Positions 12,201-24,252 of a DNA stretch of 64,000 nt are shown here, piece by piece. The stretch's first letter is position 1; each line of letters starts with the position of its first letter. The notes beneath the pieces were generated by a model. The model made no database searches. It was not told the DNA's origin and saw only the letters and a program-made list of their open reading frames with translations. Location: NCBI GenBank assembly GCA_040954595.2, contig CM082588.2, positions 6,336,202-6,400,201 on the forward strand, in the 5' to 3' direction. The position numbers and the translations under genes were made by a program. The stretch comes from Balanoglossus misakiensis (taxonomy: Eukaryota > Animalia > Hemichordata).

Positions 12201-15200
12201 ACATTCTTATATTTGGCATAAACACTGCCATATTTGGCAAGCTATATTCCCTTATTTGGCAAGCACTTTTTGTTAGTGAGGAGCTTTGGGAGGCTTCGAC
12301 TGACACTAAGGGCATACGAAAAGCAAAGCTAACTGAGTACAGAATGATAGCAGATGGTGGTGGGGTAGGGGGAGGGGGATGTTTCTTTCTGGGGTGTATA
12401 TAAAATTTTACTTTCTAAGGAATTTTTTTTCCTTCCTTACTGTTACGTTTATATATGAATGATATTTGACATAGCATACACACAGTTGCTTAATTTCAAA
12501 TATGGAAATCAGATGTCAAGTTATAACTTGAGATGGACATTGGCTTGGCTGCAGATGATCGCAGCAGCATTGTAGCAAATTTGCAGCTGAGGCACTGTGT
12601 GTGTCATCAGAGTAGTAGTGTTGTCAAGAACTGCAGGAGCTGGTGTGCTCTCACAAAAAAGAGGGAATTTATGGCAGTTTAACCCTTTACACTCTGACCT
12701 CCCAAATCCAAATAGGATCATTGCTTGTTAGAAAAGACCAGCTTGTCAGGAAAGTTGCTGGAAAGCAAAACAAACAAAATGTATACTGCAGGAAAGCTCC
12801 AGGGAGAGCTACAGCTGCACGTAGACTTGTAGGTAGCAGCTGACAAGAATGTGAGGTGTGCAAACAGAGTTTCTGCAAAAATCAGCAACAGATGTTTCGG
12901 TCCAGCAAAACACATAACCTTTGCGTAAGCAGAACATGGATTAATTAGTTTGTGTGCGTAACATGTTTTGCCAAACAACATCAAATGTGCTGACGCTATG
13001 GGATGTGTGATGCCTCGTACAACAGCATCGAAGCACCACAGACGTACACACTACATGTGAAATTTTCCTTCGCAGGATACCGGTAGATTGGTTTCACGTT
13101 AAGATTTAACCTTGAGGATGACAGCGACAATTAAACAGCAGCACATTAAACCACCCAGGAAACAAGAAGCGGGCATGACAGCACTACACAGAGGCAGCAC
13201 AGCACAGCAACATGACGTGCAGTTCTGCAGGCAACAGTGTGACACAGCAAATCACAGTGCAGGGGCAAAGCGCGACAATGTGCAGCAAGGTGACGCAGCA
13301 AAAAACAAGCAACCAACTGCAGCCGTGAGAGGTGTAGGATGCGTGAACGGGGGTGGGAAATCGTGATGCAGCAAAAAAACAGACGCAGCAAACGGCGCCA
13401 ATCGTCCCAGTCTACGGGGGGAGGGCAGGCCAATACCTTCGTCCTGATCAGTCTCACTCTCAATTCTCTCTTTTTCAGTTTCAGTTTCGGTTTCGGTTTT
13501 CTCTTTGTCACTCTCGGCCTGATCAGTTCTCTCGCGATCCGTATCGCTCTGATCAGTCCTCTCGGTGTCGCCGGGCGTGGCCGACGCCTCGCCCTGATCC
13601 GTCTCCTCAACATCTGTGGTCTCTTTGCCCGTTTGATCGTCTGGTTAACACCAACAAAGCATGCAAATGATACAAGCGACATGCATGAGACTTAGGGATA
13701 CACATGAAAGTTACGACACATGCATAAATAGGAAAATAAAGTAAAGACACAAGTGGAGTAGACAGAGAACATTAAAATTGAAATGTAGCAAAATGTAAAT
13801 CTGCAATATACTGATCAGATGAATACATGTTGTTTTCCCCATGTGCCTGCAGGTACAGTACATGTACATGTAATTATAGAGTCAAGACACCTTAAAGTTC
13901 CACCCTTAATTACCTTAACTGAACCAGACAGCCATGAAATTGTGGAGCCATACCACCAGTGTATGCGCCCTGCAATTTTGTCTTACCCAACACCACGATT
14001 TTTGCCCCATGGTGTCGACTAAGACACTCGATTCAACCCTTTCACCTCTGTAGAGGAGTCCAACCCAATTGTTTCAAGTTGGACCAATGTACAGGGGACG
14101 GGGGGTGAAAGTGTCAACAACTGGAAGATAAGATGCTAAGCTACCTGGTTGCATATATACAAACCCTCATCTGATATATCTACGCAACATATGGTACATT
14201 TGGTTCAAAATCTGATTGTTTTGCACTACCACTGTCTAGTTACGGATCTATCTCTTGTGGCAACCTGCCTTGCTACTTGGCTAACCTAAAAACCTGCAAA
14301 ATGTAGTCAATGTTACTGTAAATATTAAAATACATAGTGCTATAAAAGTTGCTGAGTTCCAAAGTCAGTTGCGTGGATTTAGAAATTAGTCCAATGCACA
14401 ATTTTCTCTGAGCAAGTCTGAGTACACAGAATCTATTCTGCTGTTTGCAGACCTTCGCAATTTTGGAATAAAATGCGAAAGATTGGAAACTTTAAATCTT
14501 TTTCAGATCTCTGGAGCTTCACAATTTCATTGAAGTCTAATTAGCCAACGTTGAAACATGCAAAGAAGACCTTCGGAACTCAACAACACGTCATATACTG
14601 TGCAGATTTCTGTGCAAGTGGCGAGTGCGGGGTGAAATGTACGGTGAGTGTACCTTCCGTTTTGCCCTCGGGTTCAGTCTCGTGCGCCGCCTCCTCCAAG
14701 TCTGAACCTGAAAAACCAGACAGGATGGGAAAGAAAAAATGCCACGGTGAGCTGGACATGAAATGTGAGGTTGTGACGATGTTACAAGTTGGGGAGGGGG
14801 AGGGGGAGGGGGAGGGGAGGGCGAAGGGGGAGCAGGCATGCAATGGACACCATGCACTGAAATCAACACTTCCCGTTCATCAAAGTCAATCCAGTCAGTT
14901 TTCCAAAACACATGCAGTTTCTTTCTCCAAATATTTTTTTGCTGGTTCTGAAGAACAAACAGAGCTCCATACAGTAAATGATATAATGTCAAGTGCTTTA
15001 ACACTTTTTGAAAGGAGAATTTATCCCTTCAAATGTACGTTGTTTTTTTCTTCCAAAATTTTTTTTCCATGCAATAAAACCCAAACACACTAAATTCACC
15101 CAACCATACACCCCAACCCACAACATGCAATGGTTTGTCCCACAACAAAAAAAACAATGAAGACTGTTCCACTCTACAGGCAGAATAAGGAGCGCAAGGG

Positions 15201-18200
15201 TCACGGTTTGGTTGTTAAGATGTGAACTGAGTTTACCATTACAAATAAAATTCCATTACTTTTTAAAATATGTGCAAACACTTGTAGTTGCCTGTGACTT
15301 TCTTTATCATTAAAATAAATAATTTCTGTGACTAGTTTTACAGGAGCAAGCCAGATATGACAGTCAACAATTACTTTCAAATCCTGCTACTGGTCAATTT
15401 TTATAAAGAGAGATGATGTCAGTGTAAGCTAATTTCAAAGCTACATATATGTGTATAAATCATATGACGTTGTGGGGGTAGAGGGGGGGGGGGGCTCAAT
15501 TGAACCAGAACCTGGTATTATTATTATACTCTGTAAGGAATCCTGTGCAACTGTCATCTAATTTCATTACTGATGGAAAATCTTCCGCATTGTACTAAGT
15601 GCAGTCTGTATATGCAGTGAAATGTTTTCATTTTTAATCAAAGAATTCCCGCAAAGCAGTTCTTTTCCTGATTTTAGTTTATCTGTGACCCAAACAGTGA
15701 GATTTCTTTCCAATATTTAGCATGTATGCAGTAAATAAGCCCAGTAAAGTGCGTGCAAATCTCAAAGTGTACATCCGTGTTGGCTACGGCCATGCTGCAT
15801 ATATAATTAGTACTTCTGGCAGAGGAAGCTCAATCACAATATTGTGACAATATCACTCATTTATGCGTGCAAGTTATAAAAGAAAACATAAGTAACGGTT
15901 TTAACTTATAAGAAAATAAAATTAAATAAAACGCGGGGATGCATAATATGTTGATTTCCCTTACCACTGTCGGATGTTACTGGGTTAGGAAGAAAGAAAA
16001 ATAAACAACAACAAAAATAATGACTCAAGCGGAAAATAATATTGTGTGAGTTGGCATTTCTGCGCTTGTGTTGGCTTTCATTCTTGTCATCTTGAATAGC
16101 ACACCCACCACCATTGTAGCTCGTGGCAAGCTGGTGGTATACATGTATGTATTAATTCTCAAATGTCCAGTTGAATTGCATGGTTCAGTTTATTTGATGT
16201 CCAATTTGGACTGGATGTCTGTGGTTTGACTGTGCATGTACAAATGTAATTAACTTATGCCTGCAAAACTATCACAACCTAGGGAGTGTTCAGTTGCTCA
16301 AGTACTATGCTTCAATTTATAATTTTCGTCAATTAATAACGTCATCTCTGGAACGGACATTAATTACAGCAGAAATCACATGAAAAGTCACATGTGAACA
16401 CTGTGTAATTAAAATTATAATGCCAGTCCTTCCTCTGGAAAAAGTCTTGAACACGCAACACTTTGGAGTTGAGGATGACATCGGGTGGAAACTAACAAAC
16501 CAACCTACACCATCATTCAAATTCCAAACTAAAATAGCAGATAAAACTAATAGAAATTGAAGTTCGAATTTTCACAGACATACCATCTTCTTCATTTTTT
16601 GTAGTCGAAGTGAGAAGACAGATAATGAAAATCAGTGTTGTCATAGTTACACAGGTCAATATATATAGCTACATGCAGTCATCTTTCTGTTTTATGTTTC
16701 CATGTAAACACACTCACATCTGATGTGCGCACACTCAGATAATCGGTGTACATCTTAAAATGGTGCAAAATGTACACATGAACCTGAAACTGAGATATTA
16801 TCCATCGACTAAAGTTCAAAAACATTTTCTTCAAACTCAACAACTTCAATTGAGTACAATATAATTAGAATGGCTGATCTCCTGAAATTGAAGTTTAATG
16901 TACAACTTTGAGTTTTCAAAACTGCATTCATGAAAATGAAAAATGTAATAACTTACTTTCTTCCTTTTCTTTGAGTTTTGTTCTGACATTGATGATGGCT
17001 GTCTCTGTAGCTTCCTCCTTGGCCAGTTGCACTTGTTTCTCTTTGTGTGCTTGCATCCGGGGTTTGATGATTTCATCCATGTCTAAAACCTGTGTGCCAA
17101 AAAAAGAGGGAATCATAATTTTGTTTCCTTTAAAGGCCGACTGAATGTGATGATGGCATGCAAGGCTCTCCCCAGCTTGCCTTGAGTGGTGTGGTGGCTC
17201 CTATATGCTGGCAGACTTTGTTTGCTAACTCAACTTTTTCACCTAGGTGCTGGTCGGGCCAGACCACCGCTGACCAGGGTGGGAAGAACCATGGGCATGG
17301 TGAACGAAAAAAAAAATCTAACCGTGAAAATTTGTAATTACTCCCAGGTTTGTTCCATGTTGCTCAAACAACAACAACATCTTTCAAAATGATATCAGTG
17401 AAATTCGCAACTTCTTTCGAATCACATTTATCAAAATGAGACATGTCCTATCTAAATGGTCGATTCCACCAAAAGAATCTAGCTAAAGAAAGTGAAATGC
17501 ATTATAATAAGTGACTCAGTGAAAAATCTCGGGCTCTGACACTTACCGTAGCATTGTACTTCTGCCCAATCAGGTGACAGAGTGTCGTTTTCCCTGACAG
17601 AGGTGGTCCAGTAATGCACAGCTTGCATGGTGGCCTTGGCTGTGGACCCACCAAATACGGTCGGGGATTTTTCAAAAACTTGTCCATTGCGTCTTCGCTG
17701 GACAGCACATAGATCTTATCCAGAAAACTACAATAAGGGGTGAAAAAACAACAAAGATTAAGCACTTTCTGTCAAATGTAACCCCAACTTGTTGGAAGAT
17801 GGGCCTTAGCCCAAAAAAGAAAGAAAGCAATTTCACATTATGACAATAATTAACATATTCCTGTTCACATGCTATGATGGTTTGATACTCTGCACTCATC
17901 ATAAAACAATTCTACTTTATCTCAGTGTTTTTTCTCTTTTTGTTCCATCATTAAAGAGAGAGAGAATACCACAAGACCTGCATACCTGACAGCAAACTCT
18001 GGCTTTCCCATGACAACGTTTCCTTTCTGTAATTCCACAGGGCACGCCCTGCCCCACCGACTGCGCCGCCATCTGTATCGCGGGGCTACCATCTCATTGC
18101 CGGCCAGCGTCCTCATCAACTCATCCGTTTCCAGGTCCTCCGGAATCTCCTCTCCATCGGGATCATGCAGCCGGATGGGAACCGCGGCGCGGCGAAGGGT

Positions 18201-21200
18201 GAACGAGTTCAGCTTCGTCTGCAGGTCTTTGAAGACTTGGCTGCTGTTTTTGTTGGCGTCAATCTCAATCACGTACTGCTGGTCGTGGTCAGCCATATAG
18301 TCCTAGGAAACAAATAACAAACATTCAGTTTGCAAACAAAGTCAGTGTCCTTCAACTATCAGCAAAAATTTGTCTCACATTACTTGAAATTTTGATGCAC
18401 TTTGAAGTAACATGCCATTGTCTTCCTTTTTGGTCCAAAATAAACTAAAAAGGTACTTAAAAGTTGTGAAAATCTGACAATTTTTGACAAAAATTTTCGG
18501 CAGGTTTCTCACCTCCAACACTCTCAGCATCATGTCCTTGTAAGTTTGAATATTTGTGTCCACTTGCTGGGGAAGATCCTCGGGTCGCTTTACAAGTCTT
18601 TCTATGATTTCAAAACCGACCTCTACTGTCTCTTCCTCAGCCTGCAAAGAGAAACACAGATCGTTTAACATTTATTTTCAAAAATGAAATACCGGCAGTC
18701 TCACGCCACAGTTTGTCAGAAACGAGCCAAACCATTCACGGATGCGGGTGGTGCCATTGCATGCTTGGGCCAGAGAAACACAGGTTCAAAAGCGCCATCA
18801 ATGTGCACATGCGCTCACTTTGTCTTAGAAATCAAGAGGGATACTGGACTTCACATTAAACAATCAAATAAAAATTCACTGTACAATCAATAAAATGAAA
18901 ATGAAACTGGGAGAAAACTTCAATAAAACTTGTGATCAAATGAGCTTCATTATTGCATGTATCATCATTAAAATTTGACCGACGACCGAGTTAACGGATA
19001 TTGATTCTGGAACTTGGAATCGAGGAAGTTTATATCATGATATGGATCTGCTACAACTTCATGAATACAAGTCAAAAGTTTCAATATTTTAAGGTATTGG
19101 CATAAGGTTGGTCAAATTCAATGTTTTTAAAGTGCATCATTTTGAAAAAACAGCAACGAAGATGATTGAATAATTGAGATAAAAAATCTACTTCATTATC
19201 AAAAGCCAATTTCCACGCTATCAGACTACAGGAACTGGAACATTTTAAAGAATATCGAATATTTATTTTTGAAACACGGGACCCATTATATCATAATTGA
19301 ATACCAAAAGACACGCTCGGAGAAGCCCACTTGATAAGCATGCAGAATGGATCAGGCAACGACAAATTGCACGGAAAAGGCAAAAAATTTTGAGAACCAG
19401 AAGGACTTCCTCCTGGAAAGCCAGGAGCTGTCTCTTCCTAGTGTTGGCCATTTCGAGTTGCATTTGATAGACCATCTCCCTGCGTATCCTCTCTTGGATT
19501 TCATAAGCCTGTCGCATCATTCGCTGCATGTTCAGAACGGTAACAAGGGGATGCTGACAAGTTAGTGCCATTCTTGTTTTTGGAAAGTGGAGAGAGATCA
19601 CAAAGTCTAGCCACAGAAAGAGAGAGTTATCTTACTGGCAATTTCCAAATATCAGAGAAGATGAAACAAGACAAAGCCCTAGCCAAGTTCAACCCAGCTT
19701 TTTTTAAAGGGTTTTTGGGTAGAAAAGAAGAGCAAAAAGATGAAAGAGTTTAATTACAGGCAAACTGAAATGCTGCTTTAACCCTTTAACCCCCAGTTCC
19801 CTCTTTAGAGGTCCAGCCTCACCATAGAAAACAATGGGTTTGGACTTAAGCATGGTGGTGAAAGGGTTAAACTAGCTATCACAATCTACCAAACAGGTGG
19901 AATTCTAGTTCGGACTTGAATTCAAACTTTGTACGATAACAATGCTGGCTATATACACATAGGTTGTGTTGAGAAGATAAATGCTGGACATTTCATCATG
20001 TTTCAGGAATTTGAACAAGAAACAAGATACAGCCAATGGAGTTTTAAGAATAATAAAATCAGGACACAATACACGCAATCATCAATCATACCTCCTCTTC
20101 TCCCATTTCTTCCTCTCCCTCCTCCTCCTCTTCCATTTCCTCCTCCTCTTCTCCCTCTTCCTTCTCGGGCTCCGGCTCGGGTTTCTCTGGGTCCCATTGC
20201 TCCTTGACGAACATTTCATTGGTGAGGGGGTCCACGCGCTGCCCTGTCCGTCTGTTGTGAAGGTCTGCGTCGGGCAACTGGGAAAGAAAAGGGAGGGGGG
20301 AGGGGCACATGGTTGATGTCAATGAACTGCTTATTGGAGCATAATGGTAACATACAGTGAAACCTGTCTATACTGAACTCTGTTTAATCTGGAAACCTGT
20401 CTACACTGAACACATTTTCCTGTCCCTTGATATGGTACCACTATGTTAAAAGGACCTCTTTATATACAGGATACCTCTGCAAACAAAACAATTTCCTCGG
20501 TCCCTTTGGTATTACTGGTAGGTTTAGACAAGTTTCACTGTACACACAACCTACCCATCTCAAAGTCTTCATCCAATACAAACTCATATTAACCTGTCCC
20601 CTCCCCCCTCTTTTTTAGTACTGCATACCGGTAGTTCTCACCACAACAGTTGAAACAGTAGGGTTGAACCAAAATGTTGGGGGTGACAAGGTCCAAATCC
20701 TCTATGGTAGGGAGCTGTGCAACAAAGGTGTGGTGTGCGTTTATATAATCAGAACATACCTTTAGATTGATGATGAAATCCGGTTTTAATTTCCAGTTCT
20801 TGACAAGTTCAAGTTGATCCACCACTCTCATGTAGTCTTCGCACAGAGACGGAAAGCCGTCCAAAACATAGCCTGAAAAAAGCATGCAAAGTGAATCACC
20901 AAACTGCAATTTTATGTATGAAGCAGTACTCGACTTTATACATATCCCAGGGCCTGCAAATACTTCACAACACAAGAAAAATCAGCTACATCCAATGCCA
21001 AGAAGTCGAAATTCTCTCCCTGAGAAATAAAAAATCACATACCATGATGGTTAACTTCTGGAGAATTGATCTTATCTTCAATCATTTTGGCCACCATCTC
21101 TTCGGGCAGGGCCTCCCCCCGCAGAAGTATCTCGCTCGCCCTCTTTCCCATCTCCGTCTCCAGTTCCATATTTTGGTGGATGAGTTCTGTGGGACTGACC

Positions 21201-22241
21201 AGCTGACAGCGCCAGTTCTGCGCCAGCTTCTTGGCGAGCGCGGTTTTCCCAGCTCCCGGTTTCCCCACCACGATGAAGCAGGTGGGTTTGGAATGTAAAA
21301 ATCGGAGCTCACTCTGCCAGAGAAAACAACACAAGTTTTTACTGTTTGTCACATGAACTGCCAATACAAACGTGGCTGTGAGTTACCAGAATCATATATT
21401 TCCCTCGGCCTATGGCCTCGGGAAATAGCATATGATTCTGGTAACTCACAGCCCCTCGGGGGTAATAAACGGCTGCTATGGCCCTCATGGCTAGGCAATA
21501 GGTGTTCATCATGTACATGTAGTAAGTGGATGTTTCACCCACATGATCCACAAAGTCTGCCTACACACATATACTCAGAAGACATACTGGTAATTCAAAA
21601 CTGCTAAAGTGTAACATACCTGATACTCATCAAACGGATCTGCGTCCATCGGTTGCAATAGTTCGGAAATGGCACTGGCCTGTAGATCGCTGAAACTTGT
21701 CACACTGACAGCTCGGCTGTTGTCGGGGTCTAGTCGCCCTCCAGGCAAATCTGACGGACTACCCTCATCTACCGACTCCAAAGCATTCATCGTTGCTGGC
21801 CTTGTTTCTGCTAGGTCCAACGTTACACTAGGTGTAACAGCGGAAGGGTCTTCCTGTTTGGGGGAGATGGTGATCTATGGGTTACGGGCAAATCTCACTT
21901 ACTACAGCGCAACAATTACATCGATATTCGCCCGCTGTCACAATTTTCAAAGTCTTTCTTTTTGAAGATAACACCGAAAACAGTGAAGTAAACATGTCAA
22001 CAAACCCAGGTTGCTGCGCCTTGCCCATGCAACTAACAACACCTTGACGAGGCGAAGACATGCGGTGAAAATACACTTTCGCGAAGTAAACTCATAATCT
22101 AAAGGAAAGGTAACATTTTACACCAAGTAATTCGTTATATACCAGGCAATTGCAGTTCTTTATGCTGCGCATGTATCCAAAATAGAGGTTTTTGCTAACA
22201 GAAGTCAGCTGCTGACAACTTACCTCTCCGTTCTCCGCCAT
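293..22241 (-). CDS. AK9: Adenylate kinase 9-like multi-domain nucleoside monophosphate kinase; 5' part only, continues beyond position 1
   Basis: Phase-consistent GT-AG exons: 22224-22241 (ATG, MAENGE), 21620-21874, 21043-21313, 20760-20872, 20092-20277, 18513-18641, 17986-18302, 17547-17727, 16957-17089, 14654-14707, 13437-13640, 11427-11477, 10978-11218, 10385-10615, 9203-9303, 7247-7297, 5823-5918, 4450/4462-4662, 2992-3255, 2635-2732, 2119-2331, 1574-1796, 1347-1408, 968-1101, 293-581. Three P-loops (GKPGAGKT, GPPLSGKT, GPRGAGKT), AK motifs GYVLDGFP, GWILDNFPR and GFVLEGFPR, CPVxL...G.P YHS-like segments and Glu-rich linkers match AK9 architecture. Confidence 0.93.
2005..2075. mobile_element. 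Partial copy of ~85 bp piggyBac-like MITE family
   Basis: ttaaccctttcaccatcatggtttgacccaaa...ggacctctatagagg resembles the reverse complement of 19782-19866 and the copy at 56662-56753. Confidence 0.6.
2950..2975. repeat. (CA)n microsatellite
   Basis: Direct CA run in an AK9 intron. Confidence 0.9.
3877..4035. mobile_element. MITE-like element with 15-bp terminal inverted repeats
   Basis: gggagagcatgttct (3877-3891) and agaacatgctctccc (4021-4035) are exact reverse complements. Confidence 0.6.
7661..8464. mobile_element. Non-autonomous PIF/Harbinger (Tourist-like) DNA transposon
   Basis: ~42-bp TIRs GGCTGCATTCACAAACACCTCTGGAGGGGGGGCGGGAGAATT at both ends, flanked by TAA (7658-7660 and 8465-8467). 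Internal duplicated block gggggtgggt(t/g)tgggagggggtgtccccctcccac at ~7996 and ~8228. No ORF. Confidence 0.88.
14035..14114. mobile_element. Degenerate copy of the piggyBac-like MITE family
   Basis: aaccctttcacc...ggtgaaagtgt ends with a diverged interior. Confidence 0.4.
19782..19866. mobile_element. ~85 bp piggyBac-like MITE
   Basis: TTAA flanks (19778-19781 and 19867-19870) with CCCTTT...AAAGGG termini. Related copies at ~2005, ~14035 and ~56662. Confidence 0.75.
20355..20540. mobile_element. Tc1/mariner (pogo/Tigger-like) MITE
   Basis: TA flanks; TIR cagtgaaacctgtcta ... tagacaagtttcactg. Related copy at ~45853-46030 and a fragment at ~2838-2918. Confidence 0.8.
21374..21453. repeat. 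Palindromic foldback element in AK9 intron 2
   Basis: 24-bp perfect inverted repeat ggctgtgagttaccagaatcatat / atatgattctggtaactcacagcc, plus an inner atttccc/gggaaat stem. Confidence 0.8.
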
Positions 22242-22251
22242 TTTGTTTTTG

Positions 22252-22437
22252 GTCTCCATAGCGATCACGCTAAATCTCGTGAGAAATTGACAGCGCTTGC
22301 GTGATAAAGCGTGGTCTCGGTTATGTTACCCAGACCCCTCTGCTTCTTCCGTTGGGCTCGTTGGCTCGTTTTGGGTCGTTACTCGTTAAAGGTATACGGT
22401 CACCTAAGGAAAATTAGCTATAGTTACCATGGCAAAT
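22252..22437. promoter_or_regulatory. AK9 proximal promoter with RFX X-box-like motifs
   Basis: GTCTCCATAGCGAT (22252-22265) and GTTACCATGGCAAAT (22423-22437) resemble the X-box consensus GTNRCC-AT-RGYAAC, each imperfect. A near-palindrome TCTCGTGAGA lies at ~22275-22284. Confidence 0.5.
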
Positions 22438-22573
22438 TGAGATCTAGCCAATCACAGATTTTCAGTGGGTGGCACACGCGAAAAAAGAGCGCTACCATAT
22501 GTTCTTTAGAACGCTCAAATACGCCATTTCAGCCATATATGGGCGTATGCAAACTGGAGGTGACTATATACCT
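22390..22573. mobile_element. Kolobok-like non-autonomous element
   Basis: TTAA flanks (22386-22389 and 22574-22577); 16-bp TIR aggtatacggtcacct / aggtgactatatacct with 2 mismatches; AG...CT termini. Confidence 0.78.
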
Positions 22574-23225
22574 TTAATCGATGGTCATTTTTTGGCATAT
22601 AATACTCATTTAAGAAAAATTTCATTTTTGGGGATCCGAAGGTTTTGAAGATGCGCACGTTTATAAAGATAAAGGAATAACTAGGCGTTGGATCTATTCA
22701 AGATATTTTTTATTGATGATGAAGATGACCACTTGCTGTGTACCAATATGTAGTTGTTAATCATAAGTCATTTTTTCGCCCAAAAGAGTCCACTTCAAGT
22801 CAAAGACCATTTTGATAAAATTTAACTTTAATTTTACAATCAAACGACTAGTACATGCTTTAAAGGGTCTACGACATGCCTATACCCACAACACGTCTGC
22901 AACCGTGACTGAGATTTTACAATTTAGTCACGTAGCCGTAATTGGCAGTTGTCTATGGATAGTAATACTCACGCATGCAAGTGTAGGCATATGGAACGTA
23001 GATACATTTAAAACGGTATAGTTTTCACATTTATTAATACAATGCTGTGAGGTTCGATTAAACTAATTCATAAACTGAACAAACGCAATTATTAATATTT
23101 ACGTAACATAGTTATGTGTATACCAAGATTACAGGTGATTATCCACTTGATAAACGTTTCATATGATCGAGATCAGCAAGGTCGTTAAACTGTGTCCAGG
23201 TCAAGTCTCGTCAACTCTCGTGTCA

Positions 23226-24252
23226 TCACTGTCCTCGAATAAATTTGCGGCCTTTCTTGTCATTCATCACAAGCTTCGTATCTCTCCATTGGCCCCGATT
23301 GACTGCATTTTCTCGTTCGTCGCTGTTGGCAAAGAGGAAGCGAATTTTAAAACACACAGCGGAGGTGTAGCCTAATGCATATGTTATTCTGATACTCAAA
23401 ACAAAACAAAACAAAACAGAACTGAAAACACAGCTAACAGTTACAGCTAACGGAGCTTTCGACAATCAGGAGGAAGTTAAAGTATTACCGTGATTAGCAG
23501 TACTGCGCGCTTTGACTACTTAATAAATAAACGTATAGATATTTGGCAGACCGGAACAGCCCATGCGCTGCAATTAACGTTTCAGCCGTGAGGTTTTAAT
23601 TCTCGCTACCTTAAATATTTTTGCTACCTAGGTGAGTGATGAAAATCTCACATGCTCAACACATTTTCAAGATGGCCGATTTTTGCCATTTTTAAGAATC
23701 GTAGGCCATGAATTCAAGCCACAGTGATAAAGTTGACGAGTTGAATATTCTAACTACAAAGAGAGAAATTTTTGACCAAAGGAAGTTAACGTGTCATTTC
23801 TTCAAACTATTCCTACAGTGAGATGTCGACCTTTTACCCAGAGTGCACTTATTATATATAATATGATTTGACCACCTAGCGTGAAGTCAAAACCCGTTTC
23901 TGGTATATAGCCAGAATTAGCGCTGGTCACTGTTGATCAACTTCGTTGCGTGTCTCTGCTGTGGGTTTTATCCAACACGCTTCTTTTTTTCTGTTGTGTT
24001 TCTGCACATATTGCATGTGTACTGAACAAGAAAACAAACTAGGTAAAAACAGCAACCGTCACTGCAATTCAATGTAAGAATTCGATTTGCAAGCGCCATG
24101 ACTTACGCGATTTCTCGGCGAAATTTATCACCAACTGCCCTCGCTCTTTTCACCGCCCACCCGTGATTAAAGGCCTCGCAGTCAGTGGTGAACAGCGAGA
24201 TAACGAGAGCAATGCCCAGTAGGAGAACGAAACTACGCGTCTTCATATTCAT
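23226..24252 (-). CDS. Small secreted peptide (neuropeptide-like) precursor, ~75-80 aa, spliced
   Basis: Exon 24107-24281 (acceptor gtcttttgcag, donor GTAAGT, phase 2) encodes MNMKTRSFVLLLGIALVISLFTTDCEA-FNHGWAV-KR-ARAVGDKF-RR-EIA. In-phase terminal exon candidates are ~23937-24021 (THAICAETQQKKRSVLDKTHSRDTQRS*) and 23226-23322 (DERENAVNRGQWRDTKLVMNDKKGRKFIRGQ*). AATAAA at 23030-23035 on the minus strand. Confidence 0.6.

Noticed and set aside
12698-12756. Acceptor-flanked 59-nt segment in an AK9 intron
   Set aside because: It is not a multiple of 3, has a weak donor and its composition differs from neighbouring exons. It could only be a poison exon, and I see no evidence for that.
13146-13682. 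178-aa Arg-rich, protamine-like ORF on the minus strand
   Set aside because: It is a shifted reading of the acidic AK9 exon 13437-13640. The splice phase supports the D/E/T-rich frame.
276-21965. Many plus-strand ORFs over AK9 (for example 276-659, 1332-1781, 10439-10822, 14551-15093)
   Set aside because: They are antisense shadows of AK9 exons or low-complexity sequence, with no independent splice or domain support.
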